Source: Streptosporangiaceae bacterium
GTDB taxonomy: Bacteria; Actinomycetota; Actinomycetes; Streptosporangiales; Streptosporangiaceae
Direction of reading: 5' to 3'
NCBI GenBank assembly: GCA_035511035.1
Contig: DATKFV010000039.1
Coordinates: forward strand, 3,531-67,530
DNA: 64,000 bases
Both the position numbers and the translations under genes were made by a program. Shown one piece after another: positions 9,141-17,986 of this stretch; within the stretch, counting starts at the first letter, position 1; the number at the start of each line of letters is the position of its first letter. The notes below the pieces were generated by a model. The model searched no databases, was not told where the DNA came from, and was given only the letters and a program-made list of their open reading frames with translations.

Positions 9141-10234
9141 CGCAGCAGCCCGGCGTCCCGTAGCACCGGCGTGAACTGCTTCACCTCGGGTGGCATCGGC
9201 GCGTTGGGCGGGCGGCAGCGGACAAGCAGCCGGGCGGCGACGGCGGCCACGTCAGGGGCCGACTTGGCCGCGAGGCCGAGCACCTGCCAGCCGGCCGCCC
9301 ACCGCTCCGGGGTCGGATCGGCCGCGACCACGGCGGCGACCGCGGTCACCGCCGCGTAGGCCCGGTCGCTGCGGCGCGGCAGCGTGAACGAGGCCGGGTC
9401 GGCGAGCACGGCCTCAGGGTCGGGCAGGTCCATCTCGGTGATCCAGGCGAGGAACTCGGCGGCGGCGCCGTCCCCGACCGCGCCGGCCACCAGCGCGGCC
9501 TTCGCGTCATCGCTGGCCTCGGCCGCGGTGCCGGCCGCCCAGAGCCTGGCCGCCATCTCCCAGGTACGGGGCGACGGCCAGCCCTTGCCCGCGCTCGCCG
9601 CGTCCGCCGGCGGCGCGCTCACCAGCGCGGGCCTGGCCCGCAGGAACGCGCCCACGAGCGCGAGCGTGACCCGCCGCTCGGCCTCCCAGCCGTCCGGCAG
9701 GACCGGCACCACCGGGGCGACGAACCCGGCCGCCAGCCCTTCCGCGACCGCGCGCGGGTCGATCTCCCAGGCCAGGTGGCACATCCGGTTGGCCAGCGGG
9801 GCGGACAGGTCCCAGCCGTCGGCCGCCTGCTCAGGCGGGTTGGCGGCCGCCACGACCGCGACGTCGGGTGGCAGCTCGAGGTCACCGACCACGCGCTCGA
9901 GCACGACCCGCAGCAGCGCGGCCTGGACGGCCGGGGGAGCGGTGGACAGCTCGTCCAGGAACAGCAGTCCCCGGCCCGCCTGCGCTAGCCGTCGGGCCCA
10001 GGCCGGCGGCGCGAAGATCACCTCGCCGTCGATCACCACGGGCAGCCCGGCGAAGTCAGAAGGCTCCCTGATCGAGGCGATCACGGTCTCGCACGGCCAG
10101 CCCATCGCGTCGGCCACGGCCCTGATCGTGGCTGTCTTGCCGGTGCCGGGCGCGCCCCAGAGCAGGACGGGCACCCGGGCCGCGACCGCGACGCCCAGGG
10201 CCTCGGTGGTCGTATCGAGCAGCCTTCCCTTCAT
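9137..10234 (-). CDS. MoxR-type AAA+ ATPase (AAA_5; CbbQ/NorQ-like)
   Basis: Walker A VLLWGAPGTGKT, Walker B GLLFLDELSTAPP, sensor region VVAAANPPE. I place the start at ATG 10234 (MKGRLLDTT), which overlaps the stop of the upstream gene as ATGA. The upstream part of ORF 9137..10390 is Arg/Gly-rich. Confidence 0.85.
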   Translation of the reverse strand: MKGRLLDTTTEALGVAVAARVPVLLWGAPGTGKTATIRAVADAMGWPCETVIASIREPSDFAGLPVVIDGEVIFAPPAWARRLAQAGRGLLFLDELSTAPPAVQAALLRVVLERVVGDLELPPDVAVVAAANPPEQAADGWDLSAPLANRMCHLAWEIDPRAVAEGLAAGFVAPVVPVLPDGWEAERRVTLALVGAFLRARPALVSAPPADAASAGKGWPSPRTWEMAARLWAAGTAAEASDDAKAALVAGAVGDGAAAEFLAWITEMDLPDPEAVLADPASFTLPRRSDRAYAAVTAVAAVVAADPTPERWAAGWQVLGLAAKSAPDVAAVAARLLVRCRPPNAPMPPEVKQFTPVLRDAGLLR

Positions 10235-11136
10235 GCCGCCACCGTCCAGCCCCGACGCCGGCGCGTCACGGTGCCCGGCTCCGGCTCTCGTCCTGGCTGA
10301 CTCACGGACCTGACCTGCAGGACCGGCCAGCTGCCACCGGTCACCGCCACGACCAGCCGCCCGCCGACGACGGCCAGGCCAGGCGCCCACACGCCAGCCA
10401 GCCAGCCGACCGGCAGCGCGGCGCTGAGGTCGCCGCCCGTCATCGTCAGCTCGCCCCAGCCATCGCCCTCGGGGCTGGTCACGTGGACCTGATCGGGATC
10501 GATCTTGAGCCAGGCGGCGGCCGCGGGCGCGAGGCGCCCGGCGATGGCGGCGGTAAGCGTCGGGCGGTGCTGGCCCGCTGGCCGGGTGGCCCAGCTGGCG
10601 GCGACCGTCGCCGACAGGCGGAGCTGAAAGGCCGGGCCAAGATTCATGAGGTCGACCAGCTCGGTGCGGCGCTGAGTCGCCGGGTCGTCACCATGACGGC
10701 CGCGTGCTCGCCGGTGGCTCACTGTCAGTCCGCTGGTCACGGTCAGGGTGGAGGAGTACGCCACGGCCGCGAACGAGGACCCGGATCCGCCCGGCCGAAT
10801 CATCGGGTGGCTGGCGGCGCGCCTGCTGCCCAGTCCGATGAGCCCCGAGCCGCTGCTCAGCATCGTCGTGCCTTCCTCGGGGCCGGGAACCTTGTCCTTG
10901 GCGCTACGCGGCCCGAGCGCGAGGACGTCGAGGTCATCGCTGTGGCTGCCCCAGGCCCTGACCAGCCGGACGCACTCGGGCTCATCGCCGCCGAGGGCCG
11001 CGAGCACCAGTTCGGACTCGGCGTCCTCGTGGTCGGTGGCGATGAGCTCGCCGGCCTGCCAGCGCAGTTGGTGCTTCGCTGAGCCGCATCTGACCTTGGC
11101 CGACACCGGCGCGCACGCCTCCCACCACTGCGTCAC
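10231..11136 (-). CDS. uncharacterised protein B2 (paralogue of 12842..13714)
   Basis: I place the start at GTG 11136 (VTQWWEACAP...), which overlaps the A2 stop as GTGA. Aligns by eye with B1: HQLRWQAGEL/HRLRWKEGVL, ELVLAALGGDEPECVRLVRAW/ELVLTALGGDETECLRLVRLW, LGPAFQLRLSATVAASWA/LGPAFQLRLTATVASAWA. No family recognised. Confidence 0.7.
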   Translation of the reverse strand: MTQWWEACAPVSAKVRCGSAKHQLRWQAGELIATDHEDAESELVLAALGGDEPECVRLVRAWGSHSDDLDVLALGPRSAKDKVPGPEEGTTMLSSGSGLIGLGSRRAASHPMIRPGGSGSSFAAVAYSSTLTVTSGLTVSHRRARGRHGDDPATQRRTELVDLMNLGPAFQLRLSATVAASWATRPAGQHRPTLTAAIAGRLAPAAAAWLKIDPDQVHVTSPEGDGWGELTMTGGDLSAALPVGWLAGVWAPGLAVVGGRLVVAVTGGSWPVLQVRSVSQPGREPEPGTVTRRRRGWTVAA

Positions 11137-12845
11137 GGCGTCGCCTCTCCGCCCGGTACCTGCGCATCCGGTACCGGTCCGCCTGCTGTCAGCCACGTCA
11201 GCGGCAGTGTCACGGTGACTCGCTCCGAGGTGCCAGCGACAATGAGGTCGACCGACGTCGCCATTGGGTGCAGCGGTGGCACAAGCTCGATGGTCAGGTC
11301 GGTCTGGTCGTCGCTCTGGGAACTCTCCGAGCCCGCCGCGTGGTGCCAGCGGCCGGTGTCGTCACGAGCCCACACGCCCGGAGTCTCGCGCAGCCGGGCA
11401 CTGCGGTCGACCTGGCGCCGGTGGTCAGTCCCGGCAAGGCTCCAGCCGAACAGGCGCAATTGCATCGACTTCGCGGTCGAGCGCAGTCCGGCCAGGGCCC
11501 AGCTGGTGCCGTCGAGGTCGGGCAGCACAGCGGCGGCCGGAATGACGCCGACGGGCCCGTCCGCTGCGTCCGCGTCGTCGAGCACGCTCCGCCAGGCCGG
11601 CGGAAGCTCGGTGTCGGCGAGGTTCGCCAGGCTGGCGGGCAGGGCGAAGTCCAGGCGCCGGCCCAGCGAGGCGAGCTGGCGCAGCGCGGGGCTGTCCGGC
11701 GCCACGACCCCGGCCCCGGTGAGCGCTCCGGTCACGATAGGCAGGGCGAACTCGGCCACGGGCCCGGCCTCTGGTGATAGCCGCCGCAGCTTGAGCATGG
11801 TCTCGGCCAGGGCGCTGACGCATTGCTCGGCGCGAAGGTCGGCGGGCAGCTGCTCGGCGGTCAGCTCCGGCGGGGCCGGCGGGGCGTCGAGCGGGACCCG
11901 GACGGGCGGCGTGCCCGGCCACAGGGTCAGGTCCAGCCAGCGGGCGCTGGTCGCCGGCGCCGGCGTCAGCTCAAGCTGGCTGGTCCACAGCTCGTCATCG
12001 TCCTCGTCCCCGTCGGCGTCGTTGGTGTAGTAGGCCGCGTCGTAGTCAGTGCCCTGGTCATCGGTGACGGTCGCCTCGAACAGGAACTCGGTGGGCTCGT
12101 AGTCGTCGTCATCGTCTTCTGGCTGCTCGGCCGGCTCGTCGTCTGGCTGGTCGTCGTCCAGGGCTGGAGGCGGCTTGGCCGTCAAGGTCAGCACGGCGCG
12201 ATCGTTATCGATCACCAGGCTCAGCAGGTTCACCTCGGCCCTCCGCTCCTCCAGCGCGAGCGGCACGTGCCTGCCGATGCTGATCGCGGTGAGCGGCCGG
12301 GCTGGCTGGCCGGCGGTCGGCCGCTGCGGCGAGCCCCACCAGCCCGCCCCGAACGGCCAGTCGTCCAGGCGCCGGCGCAGGACCAGCGCGAGCCGGTAGC
12401 TATCAACGATCGCGTCCGCCGCCGCGGACTCGAGCGCGCCGGCGGCGACTAGGGTTCCGGCGGCGGCCGCGAGCCGCGTGATCCCGGCGTTGATCGTAGG
12501 GTTCGGCGAGCGGTGACGGCCGCCCAGCGTGTGGGCGGAGACGAACCAGCCGCCCTGCCGGTGGCGGCGCCTGGGCCCCAGCCAGCGACCGAACCCCGGC
12601 CGCTCCGCCTGGAGCCGCGCGATCCTGACCGCCCGCGCCCGCCTGGACACCCGGCGGAACAGGAGGCGCAGCGGCCTGACTCGACGCAGCCTTCGCTGCG
12701 GTCGCTCCAGCCAGGGCCAGGGCGGCCGGCGGAGGGGGCGCTGCTTGACCGCGCCGCGGAGCTCTGCCTCGGCCAGCACCCGCAGGTACGTCTCGGCCCG
12801 CTCGGTGTCCACCAGCCGGGCCGCGCCCGATCCGTGCTCCGTCAT
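11133..12845 (-). CDS. uncharacterised protein A2 (paralogue of 13711..15171) with Arg-rich and Asp/Glu-rich insertions
   Basis: ORF track gives 11133..13550. I start at ATG 12845 (MTEHGSGAARLVDTERAETYLRVLAEAELRG), which overlaps the B1 stop as ATGA and matches the A1 N-terminus (AETYLRSLAEAQLRQ). Shared blocks: LADTELP, WARDDTG.W, TS.DLI..G.S.R.T.T.PL. Confidence 0.7.
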   Translation of the reverse strand: MTEHGSGAARLVDTERAETYLRVLAEAELRGAVKQRPLRRPPWPWLERPQRRLRRVRPLRLLFRRVSRRARAVRIARLQAERPGFGRWLGPRRRHRQGGWFVSAHTLGGRHRSPNPTINAGITRLAAAAGTLVAAGALESAAADAIVDSYRLALVLRRRLDDWPFGAGWWGSPQRPTAGQPARPLTAISIGRHVPLALEERRAEVNLLSLVIDNDRAVLTLTAKPPPALDDDQPDDEPAEQPEDDDDDYEPTEFLFEATVTDDQGTDYDAAYYTNDADGDEDDDELWTSQLELTPAPATSARWLDLTLWPGTPPVRVPLDAPPAPPELTAEQLPADLRAEQCVSALAETMLKLRRLSPEAGPVAEFALPIVTGALTGAGVVAPDSPALRQLASLGRRLDFALPASLANLADTELPPAWRSVLDDADAADGPVGVIPAAAVLPDLDGTSWALAGLRSTAKSMQLRLFGWSLAGTDHRRQVDRSARLRETPGVWARDDTGRWHHAAGSESSQSDDQTDLTIELVPPLHPMATSVDLIVAGTSERVTVTLPLTWLTAGGPVPDAQVPGGEATP

Positions 12846-13714
12846 GGCGTCACCGTCCACTTGCTCGCCCGGCGGACCACTGTGAGCGGTTCGGGCCTGT
12901 CGCCGGGCCGGCGCACGGCCAGGACCGTCGCCCTCGGCCCGTTCACCTCGGTCACGCCGACTGCCAGCCGGCCGTCGACCACCGAAAGCCCGGCGGCCCA
13001 GACGCTCGCCAGCCAGCTCAGCGGCAGCGTGGCCCGCAGCCCGGACTCGGTCCGCTCGAGGTCGCCCCATCCTGGGCCATCGTGTCGCGACACCTGGACT
13101 TGATCGGGGTCGATGCCGAGCCAGCCTGCGGCGACCGGCGCGAGCCGGCCAGCGAGCGCCTGGGCCAGCCTCGGCTCGGTGCTCGGCGGGATCTTGCGGT
13201 CCGCCCACGCGGACGCGACGGTCGCGGTCAGCCTGAGCTGGAACGCCGGGCCGAGTGCTAGCAGCGCCAGCAGTTCGACCCGGTGCTCCCCGACCGGGTC
13301 GAAGCCGGAGCGGCGAAGCGCGTTGTGGCGCGCTACTACATGCGCGACGGAAGGCGGGCCGATGCCGGCGGTCACGACGACCCTGTGGCCCTTGGCTAGC
13401 CTGCGCGGGGCGAGCGGCGCGGTGAGCTGTATCACCGTCGCCCGCTCGTCCCGCACCAGCTTGAGACGGTCGGTCGGGGTGCGCGGGCCGATCGTGAAGA
13501 CGTTCAGGTCGTCGGCGTGCTGGCTCCACAGTCGGACCAGCCGAAGGCACTCGGTCTCGTCACCGCCGAGCGCAGTCAGGACAAGCTCGGCCTCGCTGTC
13601 CGGGTGCGCGGGCGCGCTGAGCACGCCCTCCTTCCAGCGCAGCCGGTGCGGGCCCGCAGCGCACGCGACGGTCGCTGACGCCGGCGGCAAGGCCGCCCGC
13701 CAGGGCTCGGTCAC
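12842..13714 (-). CDS. uncharacterised protein B1
   Basis: 290 aa. GTG 13714 overlaps the A1 stop (GTGA). Paralogous to B2. Conserved Cys/His positions in the first 60 aa. No family recognised. Confidence 0.7.
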   Translation of the reverse strand: MTEPWRAALPPASATVACAAGPHRLRWKEGVLSAPAHPDSEAELVLTALGGDETECLRLVRLWSQHADDLNVFTIGPRTPTDRLKLVRDERATVIQLTAPLAPRRLAKGHRVVVTAGIGPPSVAHVVARHNALRRSGFDPVGEHRVELLALLALGPAFQLRLTATVASAWADRKIPPSTEPRLAQALAGRLAPVAAGWLGIDPDQVQVSRHDGPGWGDLERTESGLRATLPLSWLASVWAAGLSVVDGRLAVGVTEVNGPRATVLAVRRPGDRPEPLTVVRRASKWTVTP

Positions 13715-15171
13715 GACGGCCCGCCGTCGAGCGGGATGGTGGCGGTCAGCCGGCCCGACAGGCCGGACAGGATGAGGTCGAGGCTGGTCGCGTCCAGGCT
13801 GAGCTCAGGCGTCAGCTCTAGGTCGAATTCGGCGCCGTCCTCTCCCAGGCCGCCGTTATCCACGCTGGTGAAGTACCACTGCCCGGTATCGTCACGAGCC
13901 CACCAGGTGAAAGGCTCGGGCAGCGTGTCGAGGCCATAATGCATCAGGTGACGGGCGCCTACGGGCACGCCCCAGCCGAGCACGTTCATCCTGAGCCAGT
14001 TGCCGGCGCGGCGCATCCCGGCGACGGTCCAGCGGGCTCCCCCGAGTTCGGGGAAGACGATCGCGGCGGGCAGCGCTCCAGATAGCTGCTGCCGGAACCG
14101 CCTTGAGTCCCAGGAGTCCTCGCCCCGACCGTTCGGCGGCATCGCCGCGATCGCACTCAGCCACTCCTCGGGCAACTCGGTGTCGGCCAGGCCAGCGAGC
14201 TCATCGGGCAGCCTCAGCTTGAACCGCCTGGCCACGGTGGCTAGCCGGCTCAGGGCGAGGCTGCCAGGCTCGATCACGCCGGTGGCGGTGAACGCCTCGA
14301 TCACCCGGTCCAGTTCGGTATTGGCAGCCAGGCTGGTGCCGATTTTTCGGTTCCTGACCAAGGTGATCAGCAGTTCCTCGGTCGCCGCGTCAATGTAGCG
14401 CTCGGCCGGGGTCGCCTCGTGCCGTTCGCGCGTCGCGACCATCGGCTGGACGGGCGCCCGGCTCAGGTCGACTCGCAGTGGCTCGGCCCCCGCGCCGAAG
14501 TCGAGCTCGACCCAGGTCAGCCCCTCCAGCCCGGCCGGCAGCGGCGAGTTCAGCTCAACTCGGCCGCCGACGTGATCATGGCTGCCGCCGCCCCAGAACT
14601 TGCCGCCGCGCTTGCCGCCGTTGCTATCGGTGATGATCACCTGGCTGAGGACGTCGTACCACCCCGGCGATGTCATCGCCCAGCCGACCCGGTTGTGCGT
14701 GGTGATCCGGTTGACCTCGACCGTCAGCACCGTCCGGTCGGGCGCGGCCACGAGCGCGAACGGCGTGATCGTCGCTGGCTCACCGTCGATGTCGGTCACG
14801 ACCTGCGTTTCGACGCTCACCGTGCGGAACGGGCCTGCGGGCGCTGGCTTGACCTGATACCGACGCCACTGCGGGGTGATCAGGCGCTCGAACGAGTCGT
14901 TCCGAATACGCCCCCTGGCCGCGAGCGCGACCTCGAGATCGACCGCTATCTCGTCAGCGGTCGCTGTGTCGATCGCACCGACGTCGCTGAGCGCTCCGGC
15001 CGCTAGCTGCACGCTCTGCAACTCGCGCCACGCGTCCGAGCCTCGCCGCCCGGCCGCCTGGCGTAGCTGGGCCTCGGCCAGTGACCGCAGGTACGTCTCG
15101 GCGTCCTGGATCACGGCACCATTGCGCGTCACGAAACGAGCGTATTGCTGAATCCGGGCTACCTGGGTCAT
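13711..15171 (-). CDS. uncharacterised protein A1
   Basis: ORF 13711..15177 begins at TTG. ATG 15171 (MTQVARIQQYARF...) has GGAG 9 nt upstream. Paralogous to A2. No signal peptide or TM segment seen. No family recognised. Confidence 0.7.
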   Translation of the reverse strand: MTQVARIQQYARFVTRNGAVIQDAETYLRSLAEAQLRQAAGRRGSDAWRELQSVQLAAGALSDVGAIDTATADEIAVDLEVALAARGRIRNDSFERLITPQWRRYQVKPAPAGPFRTVSVETQVVTDIDGEPATITPFALVAAPDRTVLTVEVNRITTHNRVGWAMTSPGWYDVLSQVIITDSNGGKRGGKFWGGGSHDHVGGRVELNSPLPAGLEGLTWVELDFGAGAEPLRVDLSRAPVQPMVATRERHEATPAERYIDAATEELLITLVRNRKIGTSLAANTELDRVIEAFTATGVIEPGSLALSRLATVARRFKLRLPDELAGLADTELPEEWLSAIAAMPPNGRGEDSWDSRRFRQQLSGALPAAIVFPELGGARWTVAGMRRAGNWLRMNVLGWGVPVGARHLMHYGLDTLPEPFTWWARDDTGQWYFTSVDNGGLGEDGAEFDLELTPELSLDATSLDLILSGLSGRLTATIPLDGGPS

Positions 15172-15219
15172 GATCAAGGCTCCGGGGCGCCCAACTCACC
15201 GCTTGGACGGATCACGATC

Positions 15220-16020
15220 ATGGATACCATCAAGGCGGCTGAGCTGCTGCTCGATGCCTATCGCAGCGGCGTTCCAGTCGCTCCGCTCACGGAGACCTTC
15301 GGCGACTTCACGCCGGAAGAGGCGTATCAGGTCCAGCTTCACCAGGTCGATCACTGGCGCCAGGACGGCCGCACCGTCAAGGGCCACAAGGTCGGGCTGA
15401 CCTCGGCCGCGATGCGCCGCCAGATGGGGGTCGACCAGTCCGACTACGGCCACCTGATGGACGCCATGTTCCACTCCGACGCTGACCCGATCGACGCCGG
15501 CCGCTTCCTGCAGCCGAGGATCGAGCCCGAGATCGCGTTCGTGCTCGGCCATGACCTGGCCGGGCCCGGCGTCAGCGCGGCGGCCGCGATCGCCGCGGTC
15601 GAGTTCGTGCTGCCCGCGCTCGAGCTGATCGACTCTCGGATCAAGGACTGGAAGATTACCCTCCCCGACACTATCGCCGACAACGCTTCCTCCGGCGGCG
15701 TCGTGCTCGGCAGCACCCCGTCCCGGCTGGACGGGCTTGACCTCGCCCTGGCCGGGTGCCTGCTGGCCCGCAACGGCAGGCTGGCCGAGACCGGGGCCGG
15801 CGGGGCCGTGCTCGGCAACCCGCTTAACGCGCTGATCTGGCTGGCCAACACGATCGGCGAGCAGGGCGTGACGCTGCGGGCCGGTGACGTGATCCTGCCT
15901 GGCTCGATCACCGCGTCGATCCCGATCACCGCCGGGGACACGATCACGGCGACCTACGCCGGGCTCGGGACGGTCACCGCCGTGTTCGCCGAGGCCAGCC
16001 CAGCCGGGGAGGCCGCATGA
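15220..16020 (+). CDS. 2-keto-4-pentenoate hydratase (MhpD/HsaE-type, FAH fold)
   Basis: Start [14 protein letters not shown] inside ORF 15145..16020. Motifs [20 protein letters not shown]. First gene of a hydratase/dehydrogenase/aldolase triplet. Confidence 0.8.
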   Translation: MDTIKAAELLLDAYRSGVPVAPLTETFGDFTPEEAYQVQLHQVDHWRQDGRTVKGHKVGLTSAAMRRQMGVDQSDYGHLMDAMFHSDADPIDAGRFLQPRIEPEIAFVLGHDLAGPGVSAAAAIAAVEFVLPALELIDSRIKDWKITLPDTIADNASSGGVVLGSTPSRLDGLDLALAGCLLARNGRLAETGAGGAVLGNPLNALIWLANTIGEQGVTLRAGDVILPGSITASIPITAGDTITATYAGLGTVTAVFAEASPAGEAA

Positions 16021-16913
16021 GCCGCACCGCCGCGATCGTCGGCCCTGGGAACATCGGCACCGACCTGCTGGCCAAGCTCCAGCGGCTTGACCAGCTCCAG
16101 GTCAAGTACATGATCGGGGTCGACCCCGACTCCGACGGCCTGCGCCGGGCCGCCGAGCGCGGCGTCACCGCGTCGGCGGAGGGCGTCGACTGGCTGCTCG
16201 GCCAGGACGACCTGCCTGACCTGGTCTTCGAGGCCACGTCGGCCAAGGCCCACGCGGCTAACGCGCCGCGCTACGCGGCGGCCGGGATCCAGGCGATCGA
16301 CCTGACCCCGGCCGCGCTCGGCCCGTTCGTGTGCCCGCCCGTCAACCTGGCCACCGTCGCCGACGTGCCCAACCTGAACATGATCAGCTGCGGCGGGCAG
16401 GCCACGATCCCGATCGTGCACGCGGTCAGCCGGGTCGCCCAGGTCGCCTACGCCGAGATCGTGGCCTCGATCGCGTCCCGCTCGGCCGGCCCTGGCACCA
16501 GGGCCAACATCGACGAGTTCACCAAGACCACGGCGCGCGGAATCGAGGACGTCGGTGGCGCGGCCAAGGGCAAGGCGATCATCGTGCTCAATCCGGTCAA
16601 CCCGCCGATGATCATGCGGGACACCGTGTTCTGCTCGCTGCCGCCCGGCACCGACACCGACGCGGTCGCCGAGTCGGTGTTCGCGATGGTGGACCAGGTC
16701 AAGACCTACGTGCCCGGCTACGCGCTGCGAGCCGACCCGCAGTTCGACGAGCCTCGTGATGACTGGGGCGGCAACGGCCGGGTCGGCGTGCTACTCGAGG
16801 TAGCCGGCAGCGGTGACTACCTGCCGCCATGGGCCGGGAACCTGGACATCATGACCGCCGCCGCCGCCCGCGTCGGCGCGCTCCTCGCCGACCGGAAGGG
16901 GGTGCCGGCATGA
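16017..16913 (+). CDS. acetaldehyde dehydrogenase (acetylating) (MhpF/DmpF/HsaG-type)
   Basis: [18 protein letters not shown]..., [12 protein letters not shown] (catalytic Cys). ATGA overlap with the upstream gene. Confidence 0.9.
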   Translation: MSRTAAIVGPGNIGTDLLAKLQRLDQLQVKYMIGVDPDSDGLRRAAERGVTASAEGVDWLLGQDDLPDLVFEATSAKAHAANAPRYAAAGIQAIDLTPAALGPFVCPPVNLATVADVPNLNMISCGGQATIPIVHAVSRVAQVAYAEIVASIASRSAGPGTRANIDEFTKTTARGIEDVGGAAKGKAIIVLNPVNPPMIMRDTVFCSLPPGTDTDAVAESVFAMVDQVKTYVPGYALRADPQFDEPRDDWGGNGRVGVLLEVAGSGDYLPPWAGNLDIMTAAAARVGALLADRKGVPA

Positions 16914-17944
16914 CCGACATCGCTCTCCCGAAGGTCAGGCTGACCGACTCCACGCTGCGGGACGGCAGCCATGCGATGGCCCACCAGTTCACCGAAGGCC
17001 AGGTCAGGGCCGTCGTGAACGCGCTCGACAACGCCGGGGTGCAGGTCATCGAGGTGACCCACGGCGACGGCCTCGGCGGGTCATCGTTCACCTACGGGTT
17101 CTCGCTCACCGACGAGCTCAAGCTGATCGCCGCCGCCGTCGACGAGGCCACCACCGCCAAGATCGCGGTCCTCATCCTGCCGGGCGTCGGCACCGTCGAC
17201 GACCTCCGCAACGCCCGCGACGCGGGCGCCTCGGTAGCGCGGGTCGCGACCCACTGCACCGAGGCCGACATCTCGGCCCAGCACTTCGCGGCCGCCCGCG
17301 ACCTCGGCATGGAGACGGTCGGGTTCCTCATGCTGGCGCATCGCAGCGACCCGGCGGCGCTTGCCCGCCAGGCCCGGATCATGGTCGACGCAGGCGCGGA
17401 ATGCGTGTACGTGGTCGACTCGGCCGGCGCGCTCGTGCTCGGCGAGGCCCAGCTGAGGGTCGAGGCGCTGGTCGCCGAGATCGGCCGGGACGCCCAGGTC
17501 GGCTTCCACGGGCACCAGAACCTGTCGCTCGGCATCGCCAACTCGGTCCTGGCCTACCAGAACGGCGCCACCCAGATCGACGGCGCCCTCTGCGCCCTCG
17601 GCGCAGGCGCGGGCAACGCCCCGACCGAGATCCTGGCCGCCACCTTCGACAAGCTAGGCGTGCCCACGGGCATCGACGTCAGCGCCGCCCTCGCCGCCGC
17701 CGACGAGGTCGTCCGCCCGTTCCTGCCGAGGATCCCCTGGGCCGACCGCGCCTCGATCGTCCAGGGCCACGCCGGCGTCTACTCCAGCTTCCTCCTCCAC
17801 GCCGAACGCGCCGCCCAGCGCTACGGCGTCCCCGCCCACCAGATACTCCAGCGCGCCGGCGAAGCCGGCTACGTCGGCGGCCAGGAAGACATGATCATAG
17901 AAATAGCCCTAGACCTAGCCAAGGAACAGGGGCAGTCGCTCTGA
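16910..17944 (+). CDS. 4-hydroxy-2-oxovalerate aldolase (MhpE/DmpG/HsaF-type)
   Basis: Start [22 protein letters not shown] at ATG 16910 (ATGA overlap). Motif [15 protein letters not shown]. Confidence 0.9.
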   Translation: MTDIALPKVRLTDSTLRDGSHAMAHQFTEGQVRAVVNALDNAGVQVIEVTHGDGLGGSSFTYGFSLTDELKLIAAAVDEATTAKIAVLILPGVGTVDDLRNARDAGASVARVATHCTEADISAQHFAAARDLGMETVGFLMLAHRSDPAALARQARIMVDAGAECVYVVDSAGALVLGEAQLRVEALVAEIGRDAQVGFHGHQNLSLGIANSVLAYQNGATQIDGALCALGAGAGNAPTEILAATFDKLGVPTGIDVSAALAAADEVVRPFLPRIPWADRASIVQGHAGVYSSFLLHAERAAQRYGVPAHQILQRAGEAGYVGGQEDMIIEIALDLAKEQGQSL

Positions 17945-17986
17945 ATACATCAAGGTCGTTTGGCGTGAACCCGCCCGCCATCTGAT

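Noticed and set aside
9137-10390. Longer 417-aa version of the MoxR ORF, and the 321-aa version of B2 (to 11196)
   Set aside because: The extra N-terminal residues are Arg/Gly-rich and overlap the preceding gene. The internal starts 10234 and 11136 recreate the same 4-nt overlap seen at every other junction.
12846-13550. Upstream 235 codons of the 805-aa ORF 11133..13550
   Set aside because: The extension is Arg/Pro/Gly/Ala-rich and lies entirely within the B1 gene. ATG 12845 gives an ATGA junction with B1 and an N-terminus matching paralogue A1.
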